A stretch of DNA of 64,000 nucleotides from Eledone cirrhosa (lineage: Eukaryota): positions 121,210,001-121,274,000 of the forward strand of contig OZ024742.1 of NCBI GenBank assembly GCA_964016885.1, in the 5' to 3' direction. Below, in pieces: positions 1 through 11,831 of the stretch. The notes under the pieces are model-generated. The model worked only from the letters and a program-made list of their open reading frames with translations. It ran no database searches and was not told the origin of the DNA. Position 1 is the first letter of the stretch, and every line of letters begins with the position of its first letter. The position numbers and the translations under genes were made by a program.

Positions 1-4
1 TATG

Positions 5-5
<1 letters not shown>

Positions 6-67
<62 letters not shown>

Positions 68-100
68 GGGAGAGAGAGGGGGGGAGAAAGGGAGAGAGAG
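6..100. repeat. (GA)n microsatellite / purine tract
   Basis: Uninterrupted GA dinucleotides degrading into GGGA variants. Confidence 0.95.
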
Positions 101-254
101 AGTAGAAGAAGGAAGGAAAGAAAGAAAATGTTTCCAAAGACCTGTTAGAATTATGTAAAACGGTTTTATCGTATTTCCTATTGCAGAATACAAGAAAGTT
201 TGTTGAATTTAAAGTAAATATGAAATGTAATTATTATTTGGTTCTTCCTCAAAA

Positions 255-665
255 TTGGCAGATTGGCAGTAATCAGTTGATCTTCGGACACCATGCTTTG
301 CGACATAGAGTTACGATCCTTTACGTTCCGTTTTCAAATCCCGCCGAGGTTAGCTTTCGCTTTCATCATTACGGGCTTGATAAAATAATTGTTTCTACTT
401 TTGGCACAAGGCCAGCAATTACCCAGTGCATTACTGGTACATTATTTAATCGAACCCTTAAGGATGAAAGGTAAAGTTAACCTCGGCGGGATTTGAACTC
501 AGATCGTAAAGGGACGTAACTATGCTGGAAAGCATGGCGTCCGACCGTCCACCGATACTGCCAATCCACTAGCTTGCGGGGGTTGATAAAATAATGACCA
601 GTAACGCACTGGGGTCAATTTAATCGACTTTCCCTTCCCCCCAGAATTGTTGACCTTGTGCTACC
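255..665 (+). mobile_element. Old tRNA-derived SINE interrupted by a younger copy of the same family
   Basis: GATTGGCAG head, degenerate B box, core GCTTTCATCATTACGGG..GATAAAATAA that resumes after the nested insert. Confidence 0.7.
386..575 (-). mobile_element. Young tRNA-derived SINE (Meta-domain-like core) nested in an older SINE
   Basis: On the minus strand: A box TGGCAGTATCGG, B box GAGTTCAAATCC, core AACTTT.CCTTTCATCC, ATTAT tail; TTGATAAAATAAT repeated on both sides (TSD). Confidence 0.85.
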
Positions 666-669
666 AATG

Positions 670-835
670 AGAGTGGTGGATTGGCAGTATCGGTAGAGCT
701 CGGGCAACATGTTTTGCGGAATTTAGATACGGCTTTCTACGTTCTGAGTTCAAATTCCGCCGAAGTTAGCTTTGCCTGTCATTCTTCCGAAGCCGATAAA
801 GCAAAGTACTAGTTAAGTGCTGGGGTCGATATGAT
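670..835 (+). mobile_element. tRNA-derived SINE, diverged copy
   Basis: GGTGGATTGGCAGTATCGG ... GAGTTCAAATTCCGCCGAAGTTAGCTTTGCC, same family as other copies. Confidence 0.8.
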
Positions 836-864
836 CGCAGGACCCTGAGGGATAACTAATCAAG

Positions 865-1190
865 TTGCTGAAAGATATCTTTCCTCGATTAAGCGAAGCA
901 AAGATTAAAGAAGGCGTCTTCGTTGGACCAGGCACCCGCAAATTGATGAAGCTTTAGTTGTTCAGAGATTCTTTGAATAAAGTTGAAGGACGACTAGCTT
1001 AGGATGCTGTGTTAAAGGCAGTTGAAAACTTTCCCTGAAAGAACCGAAGCCCGAATTACAAGATAATCATAGCTGACTTGGATTCATTCGATGCAAAGGG
1101 TGTCAAAATGTTCTTGAATATTCACATTTTAAAGAGTCACTTGAATTTCTTTCCTTTGGACTTGGGCAATATCAGTGATGAGCATGGTGT
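865..1190 (+). pseudogene. Decayed DNA transposase fragment, Chapaev3-like (CMC)
   Basis: Translates to FPRLSEAKIKEGVFVGP and HILKSHLNFFPLDLGNISDEHG with stops/frameshifts in between; motifs recalled from Chapaev3 transposases. Confidence 0.7.
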
Positions 1191-1318
1191 GGATAGTTCA
1201 ATAATTTCCGAATACATCTAGCCCTCTAGATTTTCGCATTTAAGACTGTCGATATATAATAGTTTAAACCCAATTAAGACCATTGGTTCTGCCAACTTGT
1301 AGAAATTCCATCGATATA

Positions 1319-2103
1319 CCAGGTTGAGTCAAAAGATTTTTCGATGTTCAAGCTTTGATCAGTTCATGAGGAACTTCTCGAAAGCGTCTGTTCCCAAGTC
1401 CAAGCTTATGGAAGTTTTCGGTTGATAGTGTTTTGTGAAGGATAAAGTTCTGCCGACAATGTACGCGTGCTTGCGCTTGGCAGTTGTTTAACCATTTCAA
1501 GCAAGACCTCATCTTTTACAACAGAAGGTCTCCCTGACCTTGGTTTGTTTTCGAGGCTGGTGTCACCTTCCTTGAAACGTCTGAACCAGTTTTGTGTCAC
1601 ACGTTCGTTGACAGTTTCTGGGCCTTCCATATCATTAACAGACCTGCCAACCTCTAAAAATCCAAACGAGGCGTACCATGCATAAAAGTGCCCCCATTCG
1701 GGGAGAAATGAGGCAAATGGGGGAGATTTTACATAATGAAAGCTATACCCATTTTCACAAGAGAAGACATCTTTAACCCACCCCAAAGTGGGTGGGAGAT
1801 CTCCACGTCAGATGGGGAGAGTTGACAGGTCTACATTAATTTCTTTTGTCGCTGTCCTTGCACTTAGTCCTTTTTCCCACAGGTAGCATAACATGATTTT
1901 AATTGCAATGTTTTCACTACTCATTACCAGAGCCATAGAATAAAGAATAAACAATTAATATTTGTATATTATATATGGAAATAAAGAATAAACAATTCAG
2001 TAACGATTGGACAAATTGTATCAAATTAATGATTTAACCTGTAGATACAAGTTGCCAAAAGTCAGCAGTGAAAATCCGAAAACACTTTTGACTCACCATT
2101 CTG
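1319..2103 (-). mobile_element. Internally deleted mariner element, transposase split by a MITE
   Basis: TIR-like GGTTGAGTCAAAAG..TTTTCG versus CGAAAACACTTTTGACTCACC; HTH region MLCYLWEKGLSARTATKEIN / NDMEGPETVNERVTQNWFRRFKEGDTSLENKPRSGRP. Confidence 0.85.
1639..1833. mobile_element. 195-bp MITE (hAT-like termini) with 6-bp TSD CATTAA
   Basis: CAGACCTGCCAAC ... GTTGACAGGTCTA, flanked by CATTAA on both sides; removing it restores the mariner frame KEINDMEG. Confidence 0.85.
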
Positions 2104-3129
2104 TCGACGAGGTTTGATAATTTTGTTCGTATATTTTATATGGAAGAATATGTGGGTTCTTTCTTTCTCCAGGTTTATATGGAAGCGAGGTTAAACTCGA
2201 CATTACATAATGAAACGCTCGTCAATTATGTAATGTTTCCACTGCTTTCACTGATGAGTTACATTCACTCATGTGGCCTAATAAAAATTGGTTGGACTTC
2301 GGTAGCTATAAGTTACTGTTTTGTCCCGTGTACAAGGCATAGTACAGATGACAGAGTATTAACCATTGACTATTCGGATTTCTATAATGTATTGTTATTG
2401 TTGAATTTCTCTCTCTCTTTGTCTCTCTCTGTCTCTCTCTCTTTCTTCTCTCTCTCTCTGTGATATGTTTAAGGGTCAGTCGGCTTCATGGGCTCAGCGG
2501 ACAGAATGAAGAAAACATTGCCCCACCCGAGGATGGCGAAAGAGACGTTCTGGACAACCACTACAACTTACAAGGTTCGTACTCGCAGATTGCCAACTCC
2601 GCCCTGATAACAGTGAGTAGGGCTGTCGTCTGGAGACCAAGAACGCCGGATGTTATCTGAAAATCTGATGACTCACACAAACATTAGCATTTTTCCATTC
2701 TGTCAATACGCGATAGAAATTTAGCGGAAAATGCAATTACACCATTAATTAATTGTTCAAGGAGGAAACAACGCAAAAATGCGATTCGCTGTTATAATTG
2801 GTGTTAATCTTATCTGTCGCCCAGTTTAACACCACCACATAGCCTTTGGGTACTTAGCGGAGACCGCTGTTTCAAGCATTCGTCATACATCCCCAGTATG
2901 AAGATAACTTTCTCACCTTCTTTCATCAGTCTCGCAGGCTCTGTCAAGGTTCTTGAGTGTTGTCCTCTCTCCTCTGATTAAGTCACAAACAATTAAGTTT
3001 GACATTTCTAGATGAAAACAAAAAGAAACGTTTTAGATTAAAACGAGAAGCTGCGTCAATACACACATACAAAGGCCCCAGAATAAAGAAGTGAAAGCAA
3101 AAAAATATCTCGTTCTTAATAGGATCATC

Positions 3130-3290
3130 AGGCGGCGAATTGGCAGAGTCGTTAAGACGTCGGATAGAATGCTTTACGGTATTCGTTCCACCTTTTTGCG
3201 CACTCTGAGTTCAAATCCCGCCACGGTCAACTTTGCCTTCCATCCTTTTGAAGTCGATAAAAAAGTTTCTGTCCAATACTGGGATTGATT
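3130..3290 (+). mobile_element. tRNA-derived SINE, diverged
   Basis: GGCGGCGAATTGGCAG ... GAGTTCAAATCCCGCCACGGTCAACTTTGCCTTCCATCC. Confidence 0.75.
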
Positions 3291-3948
3291 CTTCCTCTAT
3301 AGAAAAAATCGGCTGTGTTCAGACCTGGAGAGGGTTGGGCTCCACTGGGTTTAAATGTGCCCTATGACGGTGCCTCTACGACTCCACAAGGAGTTATGGG
3401 ATCTTTATCCTTTATTCTAATAGGATCATTGGTTCGTCATTGAAGATTTGTGGTTACAGAGTTGATATGATGACTGGAAAGTCACTTAATCCTAGCTAAT
3501 TGAATTCCAGCGTCAAGTGATGGTTTGGAGTGTCATATCATATACAGATGCTGCTGCACTGTTTCACCAGGGTCACAGTCAGTGCTGTGGTCTATCAAAA
3601 GCCTTGGCACACCACATGCATCAGTTAACAGGTTATTTGTTCAAAGAGGAAACAACGCAAAAATGCGATTCGCTGTTATAATTGATGTTAATCTGTCGCC
3701 CAGTTTAACAGCACCACATATTTCCATTCCAGCAAGATTTGATTCCTATCACAGTGACAAAACAACCACTGCCTGGTTTGATCATCACATCAATATGCTT
3801 CATTGACCAAATTACTCATTTGATCTGAACAGTTTAGATTTAAGGGAGCTAAACCATTTGAAATCGTGGCACCCTCGCTTACATGACAACAAATCTACAC
3901 CTATATATATATAATATAAGATCAAAAGATGGTTAAAAGAGTTCCATG

Positions 3949-4019
3949 TATTTTATTATGCGCATTTCAAAAACAAATATCATCATGCGATGACATTTGC
4001 ATTTTCGTCAGATAAAATA
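3949..4019 (-). ncRNA. Type I hammerhead ribozyme, family A copy 1
   Basis: TATTTTAT-CTGACGA-[stem II CAAATGTCATC/GATGATATTTG]-GAAA-TGCGCA-TA^ATAAAATA; 8-bp stem I, palindromic stem III. Confidence 0.85.
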
Positions 4020-4168
4020 GGGAGACATGATATGAAGGTTAAAAAACACTTGTGAATAGTGCAGTTTTAAATCAACATATAATATTTATACTCCGGTCCT
4101 ACAAACTGTAGAGTGCTACTTATCCGATATCTGCATTGCTTTATTGTATTACAATAAAAATCACCTCC

Positions 4169-4592
<424 letters not shown>

Positions 4593-4740
4593 TTTATATA
4601 TATATATATATATAATGTAGGAGGTGAGTTTTATTGTAGTACAATAAAGCAATGCAGATATCGGATAAGAAGCACTCTACAGTTTGTAGGACTGGAGTAT
4701 GCATAATATAAGATCAAAAGATGGTTAAAGGAGTTCCATG

Positions 4741-4811
4741 TATTTTATTATGCGCATTTCAAAAACAAACATCATCATGCAATAATATTTGTGTTTTCAT
4801 CAGATAAAACA
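4741..4811 (-). ncRNA. Type I hammerhead ribozyme, family A copy 2
   Basis: Reverse complement of 5823-5893. Confidence 0.8.
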
Positions 4812-5822
4812 GGAGAACATGATATGAAGGCTAAAAAACACTTGTGGATAGTGCAGTTTTAAATCAACATATGAAAAGTGGTTTTAGATTGATGTGTGAT
4901 ATTGGGAAAAAATATTTTATTTAGAGAGGGGGGTGGGGGGGTGGAAAGGATGAAAAGGGAAGGAGATGAGAGGGAGAGATGGGTGATAGAGAGAAAGAGA
5001 TAGTTTTTATAACTGAGAGGAGATATATTTTTTACATAGAGAGGTTGAAAACCGTTGGAAGATACTGTATAAATTAAAAATTTTGAAAATTAACGAAGGG
5101 AGGATATGTGCGAGGAAAAAATATTTTATTTAGGGAGGGGGGGATGAAAAAAAGGGGGAGGAGATGAGAGTGAAGGTGGAGAGGGAGAGATGGGTGATAG
5201 AGAGAAAGAGATAGTTTTTATAACTGAGAAAAAGATATATTGTTTTAACATAGAGAGGTTGGGAACCGTTGGAAGATAATGTATAAATTAAAGGAATTTG
5301 AAAATTAACGAAGGGAAATTATGTATGAAGATAGAGAGAAAAAAATAATAATTGTGGATGAATATTCTAACGTCAAAAAAAGAAATGTATATATTGTGGC
5401 AATTTCAAAATTAACGAAGAGAAAAATTATTAAGGTTTGTGTGTAGAAGGATTTGAGAAAAATAATGTGAAGTTAAAGTTTGTATATTGGTTGAATTGAT
5501 ATTTTTAATCTCAATTTTTAATCTCAATTTCATCCTTAATTTATTATTTTTTTCTCCCCATCAACGAACTCATTATTAATACATATTAACTCTTTATTCG
5601 CATATATTATCAATTCAACCAATATACAAACTTTAACTTCACATTATTTTTCTCAAATCCTTCTACACACAAACCTTAATAATTTTTCTCTTTCCAACCC
5701 CCCCCCTCTCTAAATAAAATATTTTTTCCCAATATCACACATCAATCTAAAACCACTTTTCATATGTTGATTTAAAACTGCACTATCCACAAGTGTTTTT
5801 TAGCCTTCATATCATGTTCTCC

Positions 5823-5893
5823 TGTTTTATCTGATGAAAACACAAATATTATTGCATGATGATGTTTGTTTTTGAAATGCGCATAATAAAATA
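5823..5893 (+). ncRNA. Type I hammerhead ribozyme, family A copy 3
   Basis: TGTTTTAT-CTGATGA-[CAAATATTATT gcat GATGATGTTTG]-GAAA-TGCGCA-TA^ATAAAATA. Confidence 0.8.
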
Positions 5894-5923
5894 CATGGAA
5901 CTCCTTTAACCATCTTTTGATCT

Positions 5924-5969
<46 letters not shown>

Positions 5970-6294
5970 TCACATATATATATTTCCCCATTTCTCTTTT
6001 TTTTTAAATTTTAGTTTTTTTCTTTTCTTTTTTATTACTTGTCTCACTAGCTCTTTTTGATTACCAACTGTAAGGAGTACTCGATACTTTCCCTAGTCTG
6101 TCATGGCTTACTAGCTCTATACGGACGTTTAAATTGAATAAATAAATTTATATTTTATATATATATGTTCGTCACTCTGGTGGTTTTAAATCCCCTATCA
6201 TTGAACGCATATCTCTATGTGTACGTCTCTCATTCAAGTGGTGTGTATATAAAAAACCATTAATCTGGATACCTAAATATGGAATGTTACGAGA

Positions 6295-6475
6295 TGCCCC
6301 CCCCCCCCCCTGGCGGACAGGATGGAGAAAGAGTTCTCACGGAGGACGGCAAGGGAGACGCGCTGGAAAAGCCACTCCAACTCGCGAGGTTCACACCTCC
6401 GGCTGGCCAGCTCAGCGCCTATGGTGGTGAGTAGGGAGGTAGCCCTGGGGCCGAGGACACCAGAAGTCTCCACTC
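6295..6475 (-). mobile_element. 3' fragment of a CRE-like non-LTR retrotransposon (RLE C-terminus)
   Basis: ETSGVLGPRATSLLTTIG..EPRELEWLFQRVSLAVLRENSFSIL motif; a related copy lies at 61241-61535. Confidence 0.7.
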
Positions 6476-6619
6476 ACTTTATATAGCGAAACATATTTTT
6501 ATTTGAGCATGTCCGGATGTTATAATTATAATTAGATGGTTAGTACACTTTAATATATTTTTTTAATTGATTTGTATTCACCATTCCGCCCGTAGTTAAT
6601 ATGTTCACTTTGGTGGTTT

Positions 6620-7130
6620 TTAATACCCTTGATTGAACACATATTTATATGCGTACTTCTCTCTATATGCTGATTTATAAAGATCCGGAATCTATTCCTT
6701 GAGCTCATTAAATAATAGGGAATGAATGTGAGTCTTTAACTCCATTTTTTAATTTGATATATATATATGTATATAACGAAGGAAATGTGGTAAGGAACCA
6801 GGTGGACTATAACGCACCAGAGTACTGAATACTTAGAGTAGTAGAGTGGGTAATAGGAAAATGTTCAAGACCCTACGGCAGAGCTCAAGCCGTTTCGACA
6901 GCTATTTCTGTCCAGAAATAGCCGTCGAAACGGCTTGAGCTCTGCCGTCGGGGTCTTGAACATTTCCTTCGTTATATACATATATATATATCAAATTAAA
7001 AAATGGAGTTAAAGACTCACATTCATTCCCTATTATTTAATGAGCTCAAGGAATAGATTCCGGATTCTTTATAAATCAGCATATAGAGAGAAGTACGCAT
7101 ATAAATATGTATTCAATCAAGGGTATTAAA
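6620..7130. repeat. Nested fold-back inverted repeat
   Basis: 6620-6788 is the reverse complement of 6958-7130; inner hairpin 6857-6910 / 6913-6967. Confidence 0.9.
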
Positions 7131-7134
7131 AAGT

Positions 7135-8370
7135 TAAAAAGTATTGAAGTTTGCTTGAAGCATTGTGGAATAATAAAGTAAATTTCTTTAAGTCGTTTGG
7201 AAGCCTCGACAATGGAGATGGGTAAATCTCCGGGTAACACGATCCGGTGGTGGAGAGAAAGATGTAAGTGGGTGTACGTTGAGATGCGTGGCGTGTATAA
7301 GACTGTAACGTGTAGAGGAATGAAGCAAAGAGCGTAAAGGATAAAAATAAAAATAACAACACGAGAAAGAGTTACCTTGTGAGAGATTTAATTGTCCGTA
7401 TTTCGGATTCACATCCATCAACTGGGTTTTTTTCCGGGGGGGGGGGGGGGGGTTGTCTGTCGGAAAAGCGCGAAACGTGTCCTCCGCTGTTCGTTGTTTT
7501 GAATATCTGAGGTATTCAGCAGAGCGCGCGTGCGCGTGAAATGGGGTCGGTCAGGCAGAGGTCAGCGGCAAGGGAGTAGTTCTTTCAATTGTGGGAGTGG
7601 GGTGGTGCTAGCTGTCAGTCCATTCTCTGCCTGTTTGGTGAATGTTACTGTGTGTGTGTGTGTGTGTGTGCGTGCATGTGTTGTTGTCTCGCTTGAGTGT
7701 CTGTGTGCGTGCGTGTGTTGTTGCCTTGTTCCTCTGTATTGGCAGTGTAGTATGTTCGTATGGTGGAATGCTACTCTGTGTGTGTGTGTGTGTGCGTGTG
7801 TTGCTGTCTCGCTTGTGTGTGTGTGTGTGCGTGTGTTGCTGCATCGTTTGTTAACTTAAACCAACCACCTCATTTCGCTTCTCTCGGATCGGTTGTTTAA
7901 TTGTGGCCCTAGGCGTTTGATCCAAAGTGCTTCCTTGATACGTAACGTGCCGACGTTTCTTTCTGTCGCTAGAATTGTGACAATGGGCCTTCCGTCTTTG
8001 TTTCCGCATTTGGCTTTGTGTTTCCGGAAAGACGAGGCCCTGGTTTTAGTGTGTTCCTTGATCCGGATGTGCAACGGCCGGATTGTGCTACCTATATAGT
8101 ATTGGTTGCACTTGTTACATTCTATCTTATACACGACGTATGTGCGTAGGCAACAGTTCGCATGGCGCATCAGGCAGTCTCTGGGGGAGCACGCGTCAGT
8201 TGATTTCCCGGGTTTTTATCCTTTACGCTCTTTGCTTCATTCCTCTACACATTACAGTCTTATACACGCCACGCATCTCAACGTACATCCACTTACATCT
8301 CTCTCTCCACCACCGGATCTTGTTACCCGGAGATTTACCCATCTGCATTGTCGAGGCTTCCAAACGACTT

Positions 8371-8372
<2 letters not shown>
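7135..8372 (-). mobile_element. 5'-truncated Penelope-like element with an inverted copy of its 3' end
   Basis: GIY-YIG ORF end at 7856-8170; 8213-8372 is the reverse complement of about 7188-7347; followed by (TA)n. Confidence 0.85.
7856..8170 (-). CDS. GIY-YIG endonuclease C-terminal fragment of a Penelope-like element
   Basis: VVYKIECNKCNQYYIGST-RPLHIRIKEH ... IKEALWIKRLGPQLN. Confidence 0.9.
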   Translation of the reverse strand: MRHANCCLRTYVVYKIECNKCNQYYIGSTIRPLHIRIKEHTKTRASSFRKHKAKCGNKDGRPIVTILATERNVGTLRIKEALWIKRLGPQLNNRSERSEMRWLV

Positions 8373-8465
<93 letters not shown>

Positions 8466-9221
8466 TATATATATGTATATATATTATATATACATATACA
8501 TGCATACATATAGATACATATTTACACATTTTTGGACGGCCGTTGACTCTTATGAGTTCTTCTGCCCTTTGTCAGGTTTTGTTTTTTGTCCTGCAGGGTG
8601 TCCCAAATACCCCTCCTCACCAAGTTTACTTGGTGAGGATGGGTATTTGGTTGCCGGTTTAGTCGCCAACGACTTGACTATGTGACAAGTTTTACTGAGT
8701 TACATGTTACCAGTAGCACTCAAGAGTGACCCGATACACATCCATCCATACATACATACATACATGGTGGCTGCCAACTCGATTTCGAGTACAACCACTA
8801 CTTTATATCCATGTAGGAGAACCCCTACCGATGCGTTGAACGAGTGTGACTTTTTAGTCCAGCCAGCGACTTGAAAACTCTGGTACAAACACTACACTTG
8901 TGACAATTATTGACACATAGTGCTGGGTCCATGGTACCATGTGACGACAAGTGCAGAGAGATCTCCAGATATAAAGCAATGCCTGTGCCGTGAAGCTTTT
9001 ATAGTGAGCAAAGGCACTTCACAAAGCCAGTCCCACTCTCTTAACCAAGATGATATTTACCAAAAAGAAGAACAAGTCAACATCATTGGATACCATCAGG
9101 GCTGCAGGTGTTATATCAGAGTCTTCCTTATACATACATACATACATGCATACATACATACATACATACATACATACATACATACATACATACATACATA
9201 CATACATACATACATACATAC

Positions 9222-9612
9222 ATTGAAAACGTGTTCTGTTGTGGAGATCAGCTGCCCACTTAATGTAAACGTTGTCAGAAAAATACAGGAGAAGGAGGAC
9301 ATCTACGGACCATTGATGAGGAGTTTACAAATCCAGTATCCAAGATACACCTTTAGCTTCATACCCATCATTATTGGAGCTACGGGTTATATACCAACCC
9401 GCTTGGACCAAAGTATGACTGAACTTGGATTTGCGGACAAAAAGCGCAGCTCCCTAATTCATAGTCTACAAATGGCTGCGATAGCTGGCACCTTCAAAAT
9501 TTGCAAAACATTCTTGCGATTCAAGGGATGACAATTTCTTTTCTTTTACAACCTTGCCACCAGGAAGATGGCCGGTCAAAAAATATACTCGAAATTAAGA
9601 GAAAGAGAAAAC
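9222..9612 (+). mobile_element. 3' end of an R4/Dong/NeSL-type non-LTR element (restriction-like endonuclease) in (CATA)n
   Basis: [47 protein letters not shown]; (CATA)n on both sides. Confidence 0.8.
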
Positions 9613-9981
9613 ATACATACATACATACATACATACATACATACACACGCACATATACATTCATGCATATATACCTACATACATATACATACATACATGT
9701 AGCAGTAATTGAATGCTCTTTTCAACGGAGTTGCATTTACTATCAAATCGACCACAATAGAAGCTGACCTCTGTGGCCTCATAGATAAGTTCACATTCTG
9801 AATGGGTTTTGAGTCGCCAATATGTCTGAGATATCAAATAGCCATCTGCTGGTTCTCAGGTTTTGAGACAAAGGAAGCGATATTCATAAAATAGCCGGCT
9901 CTCTGAACAGCCAGGTCAGTTGGAGCGTTTAATTCTAGCAATTAACATGTAGTTCTGCTGCTTTACACAGACCCTCTGGAT

Positions 9982-10064
<83 letters not shown>

Positions 10065-10087
10065 AATGTCGTATGTTAAAACCTCCA

Positions 10088-10198
10088 GTATTCCGATGAT
10101 TTGATCAGAGACACACACTGTATTTAAGGTCGAGTGATGCAACTTCGAGTAATTAGCGGTCTTTAGACTCACCTGGCCAATGAAACAATTGTTAATAC
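10088..10198 (+). ncRNA. Hammerhead-like motif with long stem II and U4C core change
   Basis: GTATT-CCGATGA-TTTGATCAG..(long insert)..CTGGCCAAT-GAAA-CAATTG-TT^AATAC, then AATAAA; lies between (TA)n tracts. Confidence 0.6.
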
Positions 10199-10461
10199 CG
10201 TAAATAAAACCCTTTTTGTACAGCCGACCATGTTATTCTTCACTCTTTCACTACTATTACTCCAAGAATAACCTCCATGAAAATTCTCGCAAACTCGCTA
10301 CCTAACTAAGGAAACCGCTTTTTGAGTCAAACAACGTCGTACGTTAGAACTATCCATAGTACAGAGTACTCACAACCTCTAACTGGATTACCTAAAACGA
10401 TAACTTGTTATCCCATATATATATACATATATATATATATATACGTAAGAATATTTTCGAA

Positions 10462-10495
<34 letters not shown>

Positions 10496-10531
10496 GTATA
10501 TATATATCCAGGGAGTGTAACTTGGAGTTAC

Positions 10532-10624
10532 TGTAGATCTGACGAGCCTCGGATTACACAGTCGGGCTAGATCGATACAGATCGAACCTTGAGCTGATCA
10601 GTGGCGAAACGTACGTCACCAACC
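10532..10624 (+). ncRNA. Hammerhead-like motif with long stem II, decayed stem I
   Basis: CTGACGA-GCC..GGC-GAAA-CGTACG-TC; palindrome ACGTACGT; stem I pairs at only about 4 of 7 positions. Confidence 0.5.
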
Positions 10625-10950
10625 AATAAACGCAATGAAGGAGTAACCAATCGTCCTTGTTTTATTTTATTTTACTATTTATATACATATATATATACTT
10701 GTGTGTGTATCTTGGTCTCTCTTGGCCAAAGCCAGCGGAATTCATCACATCAACAGTTTTGGTAAATACAGTTTTAATAATACCTTTGTAAACAAACACA
10801 CATACACATCCTGACAAATAACGTCACACAATTCATCTATAGTTCTTCGTGTATTGTCATATAATTTCGGCGAAAGTTATATTTAATAAATTAGTAACGT
10901 AGCAGCTTTGTGTTATTGTGGTTTTTAGAAACTATCATATCATCATCGTC

Positions 10951-11141
10951 ATAACTGTTTCTACTTTAGGGACAAGGCCAGCAATTATCCAGTGCATTAC
11001 TGGTACTTTATTTTATCGACACCGTAAGGATTAAAGGCACAGTTAACCTCGGCGGGATTTGAACTCAGATCGTAAAGGGACGTAACTATGCTGGAAAGCA
11101 TGGCGTCCGACCCTCTACCGATACTGCCAATCCACCGCCGT
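10951..11141 (-). mobile_element. Young tRNA-derived SINE
   Basis: Near-consensus copy; TSD TCATCGTCATAA. Confidence 0.9.
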
Positions 11142-11624
11142 TTCATCGTCATAATGAACACTGTTACTCACTTACTTGCACACCTGTAATCTCTGGTCGC
11201 ACTGTGTCAGGCACATCAAGCTTCTCTCGCCTACACTCCACACAACAGTGACCACAACACTGAGCAATCCACAAGTGAAATACCCACTCAACAACAGAAC
11301 CAACACCACAACACAACCATTCGTTCTACCATTCTACCCGCTATATACACACATGGTGAAAGATTGGTGACCTATCACCCAGAAACATTAGTGTCTGCAG
11401 TTCTGTTTACATGTCAACACAAGAGCGAGGATGAGGGGGCTCATTCTACTGACGTCACTTATAAAAGAGTCTGTTTGCATAATTGCAAATGAATCGAATG
11501 TTGACTTTGCCTTTCATCCTTACGGGGTCGATAAAATAAAGTACCAGTAATGCACTGTGTAATTGCTGGCCTTGTGCCTAACGTAGAAACAATTATTATT
11601 AATATTCGAAAAAACTCTGATTAC

Positions 11625-11662
<38 letters not shown>

Positions 11663-11706
11663 CGACTAGGTTTCGTTTCTAGACTATTCAATTTGAATAT
11701 CCCTGG

Positions 11707-11831
<125 letters not shown>

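Noticed and set aside
2905-2930. Minus-strand CTGATGA...GAAA
   Set aside because: No stem II or stem I pairing.
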